The notes under the pieces are model-generated. The model saw only the letters and a program-made list of their open reading frames with translations, was not told the DNA's origin and ran no database searches. From Candidatus Thorarchaeota archaeon (lineage in GTDB: Archaea; Asgardarchaeota; Thorarchaeia; Thorarchaeales; Thorarchaeaceae): a DNA stretch of 50,852 nucleotides. Positions 45,591-50,852 of the stretch are shown here, one piece after another (position 1 is the stretch's first letter; every line of letters starts with the position of its first letter). The position numbers and the translations under genes are program-made. Where the stretch lies: positions 1 through 50,852 of the forward strand of contig JBHLRP010000022.1 in the NCBI GenBank assembly GCA_048882485.1. The letters run 5' to 3'.

Positions 45591-46775
45591 CTACTTGAGC
45601 ATCTCTGCTATTCTCTTGGCTAGCGTCTTGATTGCCTGCCTTTCTTCCTTGGTTGGCATAGCTCGGCACCTGATTACAGGCTCTAGTATCTCAAACTTGC
45701 TTTCCTCGAGTTGCTTCCTTAGGCGGCGCACACCTCCACCACCCCAGCCATAGGTTCCAAAGAGTGCGATTGGTCTTTTCTCGTAGCGCTTTCCTTCCAT
45801 CTCGTTGACAAACGCCCACATCCTCGGAAACGGGAACGCATCATAGGTCGGTGTTCCAAGTACAATGACACCAGCACGCACGGTATCAGTGATGACCATG
45901 TCCATGCCGCTGTAGGAGATATTGTGTATCTTGACATCTACGCCCAGCTCTTCGAGCTCCTTCTTGAGTGTATGGGCGAGGCGAAGATTATAGCCGTACA
46001 TCGATCCAAAAACGATAGTGACATACTTCTCAAGTTCAGGACTGCTCCATTTATCAAAATGGTCTATGACCCACATTGGGTCTTTGCGGTAGATTGGTCC
46101 ATGACTTGGTCCGATAAACTTGATGCCCACGCCGAGACCCTTGACCTTCTCGACAGCCCGCTGGACGAACTTGAAGTAGGAGGTGATGATTGTAGAGAGG
46201 TATCGCTTGCTTTCTGTTTCAATCATGCGCATGTCAATCTCGTCATCGAAGTGCTTTCCATTGAGGGCACCGAATGAGCCGAATGCATCGCAGCTGAAGA
46301 GCAACTCGTCCTCCACAAGATATGTGGCCATGGTTTCTGGCCAGTGGACAAATTGAATATGCACGAATTTTAGGGTCTTCTTCCCGAGGGAGAGTTCTTC
46401 CAAATCTTCCACTACTTTGGTCTTCAGACCAACATTGTAGAATGACTGTTCCATTCCAGCAGCCTTCTGAGTGAATACAATAGTAGCATTCTTTGCAAGC
46501 TCAGCTATCTTTGGAAGTGAACCTGTGTGGTCGGGCTCCATGTGATTCAAAATGATGTAGTCTATCTTTTCTGGGTCTACAACTTCTCGAATGTTATCAA
46601 GCCATTCTTGGGTGAAGATGTTCTTCACCGTATCAATAATCGCAATCTTCTCATCTACGACCAGATATGAGTTGTAGGATACACCAAATGGGAGGGGCCA
46701 GAGGTTCTCAAAGAGAGCGGTGTGATGATCATCAACGCCAATATAATAGACTCCATCGGTGATTTTGCGATGCAA
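45591..46775 (-). CDS. fprA: FprA family A-type flavoprotein (flavodiiron protein)
   Basis: SYNSYL, NHMEPDH, HWPE, SCDAFG, PSHG, flavodoxin SMYG...GTPTY...GTYGWGGG; TTG 46775 after GAGGAG is the likely start. Confidence 0.95.
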   Translation of the reverse strand: MHRKITDGVYYIGVDDHHTALFENLWPLPFGVSYNSYLVVDEKIAIIDTVKNIFTQEWLDNIREVVDPEKIDYIILNHMEPDHTGSLPKIAELAKNATIVFTQKAAGMEQSFYNVGLKTKVVEDLEELSLGKKTLKFVHIQFVHWPETMATYLVEDELLFSCDAFGSFGALNGKHFDDEIDMRMIETESKRYLSTIITSYFKFVQRAVEKVKGLGVGIKFIGPSHGPIYRKDPMWVIDHFDKWSSPELEKYVTIVFGSMYGYNLRLAHTLKKELEELGVDVKIHNISYSGMDMVITDTVRAGVIVLGTPTYDAFPFPRMWAFVNEMEGKRYEKRPIALFGTYGWGGGGVRRLRKQLEESKFEILEPVIRCRAMPTKEERQAIKTLAKRIAEMLK

Positions 46776-46854
46776 AAGAATTCCTTCTCCTCTTATTTCG
46801 ATGACATTCTCCAACTTCGCTTCAATATAAGAGCTGTCATTTATGAACTATTGT

Positions 46855-47262
46855 TTAGTTGCCTGGGAGCATAGGTCGCACATCTTGGAGCAATTCGACG
46901 ATTGCCCTCCCTACAATAGCTCCACTTGCGCCTAGTAGACCGCCAATAAGGATGGATATAGATACTATCGCCCGTCCGAACCCTGGCAACCCAATAAGGG
47001 TTGCAAAGAACTCTCCAATAATGTACGCCTGTGCAAAGGTGTTTAGAAAAAGAAAGATGATTGCCCAGGCTGTTCCGACTCCCAGAAACCCAGCGATGAC
47101 TGCGTTTCTATACTTCTTCACAGTTACTCCCCCAACAAATCCTGCCATAATCATCAAGGTCCAATGACCAAGCAATTGAAGCGGCAAAGCTAGCAAAAAG
47201 GTGAAGATGTATCCATGATAGATCCCAGTTTCTATTGCTTTCTGGGTCATTCTCTGGGCCAT
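46855..47262 (-). CDS. Small Gly-rich membrane protein, paralog of 47986-48438
   Basis: Four TM helices; shares LQL.G.W..M..AG..GG and GFLGVG.AW with its paralog. Confidence 0.8.
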   Translation of the reverse strand: MAQRMTQKAIETGIYHGYIFTFLLALPLQLLGHWTLMIMAGFVGGVTVKKYRNAVIAGFLGVGTAWAIIFLFLNTFAQAYIIGEFFATLIGLPGFGRAIVSISILIGGLLGASGAIVGRAIVELLQDVRPMLPGN

Positions 47263-47358
47263 GCTGAATCATAGAGTTTGTTTGCTAAAATGGTCTTGCT
47301 TTGCCCTTCCAGAAATCAAGTTAATTCATAAGCAGCATATGACTCTATTAAAGCTAGT

Positions 47359-47934
47359 ATGCTTACTAACAGGGGCTATCGAGTGAGAATAGCTATTGTC
47401 CTAGGTCTTCTGATAGCGTTCGCTGCAATGCCTATTACCTCCAATTCTGCTGAGAACCACAATTCCAATCATGTGCCTCTGACAACCCATAGCTTCTGGT
47501 TGGCCCCACTCAGCTCCGAGATATTTCTCTTTGAATGTGAAGAAGGCGACACGCTAGAAGGAAGCTTTACCATCACATCTGATGGTGATCACTTCATAGG
47601 AGATCAAAAGAAGTATGACTTATGGCCCGGCTGGGGTGACGGTGTTGATCTGTATATCTTTGATGAACAGAACTACGAATCTTGGTCACTAGGCCTTAAT
47701 GCGATTTCAATTCTCAACAAGACCGATTTGACCGCTCTATCGTGGAGTGTTGGTATTTCGTCATCTGGTTCCTGGTATGTAGTCTATGACAATGATTCAT
47801 CAGTATACTGGAAGCAGGTAGAGGGAACTATCAGCCATTTGTCCCAGAACTCAATAATCATAGTTGGCTTGCTTGTCCTAGGTGTATGCGCATTTGCATT
47901 TGTCACTGGCATTTATCACTGCAAAAGGCGATGA
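47359..47934 (+). CDS. Type I membrane protein with GOLD/emp24-like beta-sandwich ectodomain
   Basis: Signal peptide; GDTLEGSFTI...VDLYIFD...GSWYVVYDNDSSVYWKQV; C-terminal TM plus short basic tail (HCKRR). Confidence 0.65.
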   Translation: MLTNRGYRVRIAIVLGLLIAFAAMPITSNSAENHNSNHVPLTTHSFWLAPLSSEIFLFECEEGDTLEGSFTITSDGDHFIGDQKKYDLWPGWGDGVDLYIFDEQNYESWSLGLNAISILNKTDLTALSWSVGISSSGSWYVVYDNDSSVYWKQVEGTISHLSQNSIIIVGLLVLGVCAFAFVTGIYHCKRR

Positions 47935-47948
47935 ACAATAAATGGGAG

Positions 47949-47975
47949 AAGCTGTGGCATATTCTGCCACAGCTT
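47949..47975. terminator. Hairpin between convergent genes
   Basis: Perfect 11-bp stem AAGCTGTGGCA-tattc-TGCCACAGCTT. Confidence 0.7.
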
Positions 47976-47985
47976 TATTCTATTG

Positions 47986-48438
47986 TTATTCCTCCATTAC
48001 GATTTCTTCAGTGGGTTGAACTGGAGCAGGGGTTTGTTCTGCTTCAGAAGAGAACTCGTCTATGATTTCCACAAGAGACCTTCCAAATAGCCCGCCAAAT
48101 CCTCCTAGGAGTGCCCCCAGAAGTATACTGATTACGATGACTAGCCAGCCCATCCCTGAAAGTTCAAGCAGGCCAATGAAGAATTCAGCGATTGCCATCG
48201 CTTGAGCGGTTGCTGTTAGATACGCAAAGATTCCTGCCCATGCAATGCCGACTCCAAGGAATCCTGTCAAGAACGAATGACGATGGCGTCTGGTGAAAAG
48301 ACCACCAAAAATTCCGGCGAGCAGCATTGTCATCCAAACACCAGATAGTTGCAAAGCGATACCTATCACAATAACTATGATCAGTGCTGGTACAAACCCA
48401 AGATTGGGAAATATATCATCTATCTTTCTCATTCCCAT
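47986..48438 (-). CDS. Small Gly-rich membrane protein, co-transcribed with the acylase
   Basis: GGAGG RBS; starts 5 bp after the acylase stop; four TM helices. Confidence 0.8.
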   Translation of the reverse strand: MGMRKIDDIFPNLGFVPALIIVIVIGIALQLSGVWMTMLLAGIFGGLFTRRHRHSFLTGFLGVGIAWAGIFAYLTATAQAMAIAEFFIGLLELSGMGWLVIVISILLGALLGGFGGLFGRSLVEIIDEFSSEAEQTPAPVQPTEEIVMEE

Positions 48439-48443
48439 GCCTC

Positions 48444-50852
48444 CTATGGAGCAAATGTAATCACTGCTTCTATCATTGTTCCATCTGTGTCTGCGGCTTG
48501 GAAAGCAGCTGCTGTGGCGTAGTAGTATATTAGATGGTATCCATGCTGCTCGGTTAATTCATCGTAGGAATACTGAATCCAGAACAGATCATCAAAGTGC
48601 GGACTAAATGGATTCCCACTCTGACCCGGAGCATAGATGCCGTAACTCATCGGTATATTGCTCATGTCCGCTACAAGCCGCCACGACGGTCCACCGCCTA
48701 CTCTCCATCCGTTTGCGACATTTAACGTGAGCTGCCCTCGATGAGGTATTCCACCAACAGATGTGAGATCGGCAAGATGGTCATAGTAGACCCTGTGCTT
48801 GTTTCCATAATCCCAATCTGCTGGATTGTTTCCAAAGACCGGATCTGCTACAAGGTCATCCAACGCTCGGTAAATGGCTCGTACAAGAATCTCATCTCTG
48901 GTTTCTACAACTCCCGCTGTGGTGTGATCATCGAAGTAGTATACGTTGTTATCCTTGATGAATTTCTCCAACACTGGTGTCCTTGACAACATCAGACTGG
49001 AGTTGATGCTCCTTATTTCGTCGAACGTTTCGTAGTGAATTGCGCTACGAAGGAACATCCAAATGGTAGGAGCCTTTTCATCCGGATCCATCACATAGTC
49101 CCAACTATCAAGCCATCCAATGATTTCATCGACTGTTGTATTTCCATCCCCTACATTGTTCCAGGCATCAACGACATAGGGCACAATCTCTTGGGCTCTA
49201 ACTTCGAGAGCATCTGCTTGGAATCTCTTCATATCGTCCATCGTAACACTGTCATCAGCTGCAAGCAATGAATCAATCCTACGTCCACGATAGCCATCAG
49301 CATAGGGTCCGAGTAGTTCAAAACCGTAGGTATTCCAGTCAATTGAAAGCTGATTGGCGGATTGAATGTATCCCTGAGAAGGATTGACCGTTCTCGGGAT
49401 ATACGCATAGGGGACATTGCTAACCCACCCGACTGAATCATTCAGAGCCTGAACTGGAAAATGTCCATCGTAACCTGCTCTTATTGGGTAACGTCCCATC
49501 GCTGTGAGTGCGATGTTGCCTTGATCGTCTGCATAGACCATGTTCTGAGCAGGGATGTCCCACCAATAGGCAGCGTCAAAGTAGCTCTCAAGGTCACTCA
49601 TCTTATTGATCATCCCAACTGCCATGATATTGTGGATCACATCATTTCCAGTCCACCTCATAGCAAGATTCGGACTATCCTCAGAGTCAACATCATAGGT
49701 ATTCGCAATTGAATCAACCAGCGGTCCATGAACAGACTCTAAGACTTCGAATGGAACTATGTTTCCTTCCTTTGTTAGGATTGATTCATCATGGACTTCG
49801 AATGCTCTGTAAGCTCCATTGTACATGTACTCGCTTGAGTTGTTGGGGTTTAGCTGTTCAACAAATATGTCCAGCACATCTGCACCGACATTGGTCCATC
49901 CCCATGCAGTGTGTTCATTGTGACCTAGGATTATACCCGGCATACCTGCAAATCCCACTCCTGTGACATCCAACTCCCCAGGTACTACAATGTGTGATTC
50001 ATACCAGAGGGCAGGAGTCTGGAATCCAAGATGCGGGTCGTTACATAGAATAGGTTCGCCTGTTGCAGATCTGTTTCCGCTCACAACCCAGTTGTTGCTA
50101 CCAACAATCTCCATGTCGCCAAAAGGTTTGATAACTTCATCAATTGTCTTGATGAGAACCTCAAGTTTCTCTTGCGGAATATATGCTTCCTCTGCTATAA
50201 CGCTTCTCTTCAAACTTGATGGGTTTGGATTAGCTGGGTATCCCCCATTTGCGTCCGGATACTCAGAGATACTGAGGTTGAATTGTTCTGGAATAATTGG
50301 CACTGAATAAGGCATTGTCCATGGAATTACTTCATCAAACATAGTATCATTGTTAAGAGTTGCCCTAATCCATTGATTACGTAGGTCACCGAAGCCACCT
50401 GCGAGTCCCCAGCACTGATAATGTGCAAATATGAAGATGTCGAGTCGCCTCCAGTGTGGTGGATTGAAGCCAAGAATCTTGAATTCTATTGGCGTGTTGG
50501 CACTTGTCATTGTGTCAATGAATGCGTTTACACCTGCGACCTCAGCATCAATCACACTAAGAGTGTAGGCAACATCTGGATTATTCGTGTTCGCCTCAAA
50601 CCAAGCCATTGTCCTCTTGGCTGCTCTTTCGAATCCTATTGTCCGATGGAATTTGTCAGAACTGGCGGCGTATCCACCAACTATCTCGCTGATCCTTCCA
50701 GCGGCCAGGTAGTTTTGCATGTACATCTGGAACAAGCGATCCCTAGCGTGTATGTACCCCATTGCCATGAACGCTTCTTCCACAGTATCTCCATAGACAT
50801 GGGGGATTCCCCATTGGTCCTGCAATACTACAACATTTGCATCCAGCCCAGG
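48444..50852 (-). CDS. Penicillin acylase family (Ntn-hydrolase, S45) protein, 5'-partial
   Basis: Frame open to the window end (PGLDANVVVLQDQWGIPHVYG); HARDRLFQM, nucleophile GSNNWVV, NDPHL, SANQ, PGQSGNPFSPHFDD. Confidence 0.95.
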   Translation of the reverse strand, partial: PGLDANVVVLQDQWGIPHVYGDTVEEAFMAMGYIHARDRLFQMYMQNYLAAGRISEIVGGYAASSDKFHRTIGFERAAKRTMAWFEANTNNPDVAYTLSVIDAEVAGVNAFIDTMTSANTPIEFKILGFNPPHWRRLDIFIFAHYQCWGLAGGFGDLRNQWIRATLNNDTMFDEVIPWTMPYSVPIIPEQFNLSISEYPDANGGYPANPNPSSLKRSVIAEEAYIPQEKLEVLIKTIDEVIKPFGDMEIVGSNNWVVSGNRSATGEPILCNDPHLGFQTPALWYESHIVVPGELDVTGVGFAGMPGIILGHNEHTAWGWTNVGADVLDIFVEQLNPNNSSEYMYNGAYRAFEVHDESILTKEGNIVPFEVLESVHGPLVDSIANTYDVDSEDSPNLAMRWTGNDVIHNIMAVGMINKMSDLESYFDAAYWWDIPAQNMVYADDQGNIALTAMGRYPIRAGYDGHFPVQALNDSVGWVSNVPYAYIPRTVNPSQGYIQSANQLSIDWNTYGFELLGPYADGYRGRRIDSLLAADDSVTMDDMKRFQADALEVRAQEIVPYVVDAWNNVGDGNTTVDEIIGWLDSWDYVMDPDEKAPTIWMFLRSAIHYETFDEIRSINSSLMLSRTPVLEKFIKDNNVYYFDDHTTAGVVETRDEILVRAIYRALDDLVADPVFGNNPADWDYGNKHRVYYDHLADLTSVGGIPHRGQLTLNVANGWRVGGGPSWRLVADMSNIPMSYGIYAPGQSGNPFSPHFDDLFWIQYSYDELTEQHGYHLIYYYATAAAFQAADTDGTMIEAVITFAP

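Noticed and set aside
1-50852. tRNA, rRNA or IS elements
   Set aside because: No cloverleaf, rRNA-like tract, transposase or terminal inverted repeat pair was recognised by eye. A tRNAscan/Rfam run would be needed to exclude small RNAs.

Overview
Archaeal chromosomal window. Gene content and style suggest an Asgard archaeon such as Thorarchaeota, but this is inference and not a database result. I found no rRNA, tRNA, CRISPR array, integrase or transposase. The flanks hold mostly housekeeping genes: a DMT transporter fused to an Lrp ligand-binding domain, an ABC-2 exporter, a gamma-carbonic anhydrase-like protein, a HAD hydrolase, an FAD oxidoreductase, a GH3 ligase, rubrerythrin, FprA and a penicillin acylase-like protein. 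A miniature hook-less Mre11-Rad50 pair also lies here. The centrepiece is a tightly coupled 15-gene, ~15.7 kb + strand operon (14767-30433). It interleaves recombination/repair paralogs with four predicted membrane proteins. The repair set is a full-length RadA paralog, an Fe-S XPD/Rad3 helicase, a Hel308-type helicase with an inserted SWIM zinc finger, two RadB/Rad51-paralog-like RecA folds (one lacking its P-loop) and a FEN1/XPG nuclease with a PIP box. The membrane set includes a membrane-anchored, catalytically degenerate HerA/VirB4(CedB)-like protein and a protein ending in a PCNA-binding-like motif. This is a candidate membrane-coupled DNA import/recombination system. Downstream lie an operon ending in a 2606-aa surface protein, two related large Lrp-like wHTH proteins, and a 41-aa micro-ORF absent from the ORF track made of three KPFTPPPEPW repeats with its own hairpin/T-tract terminator.
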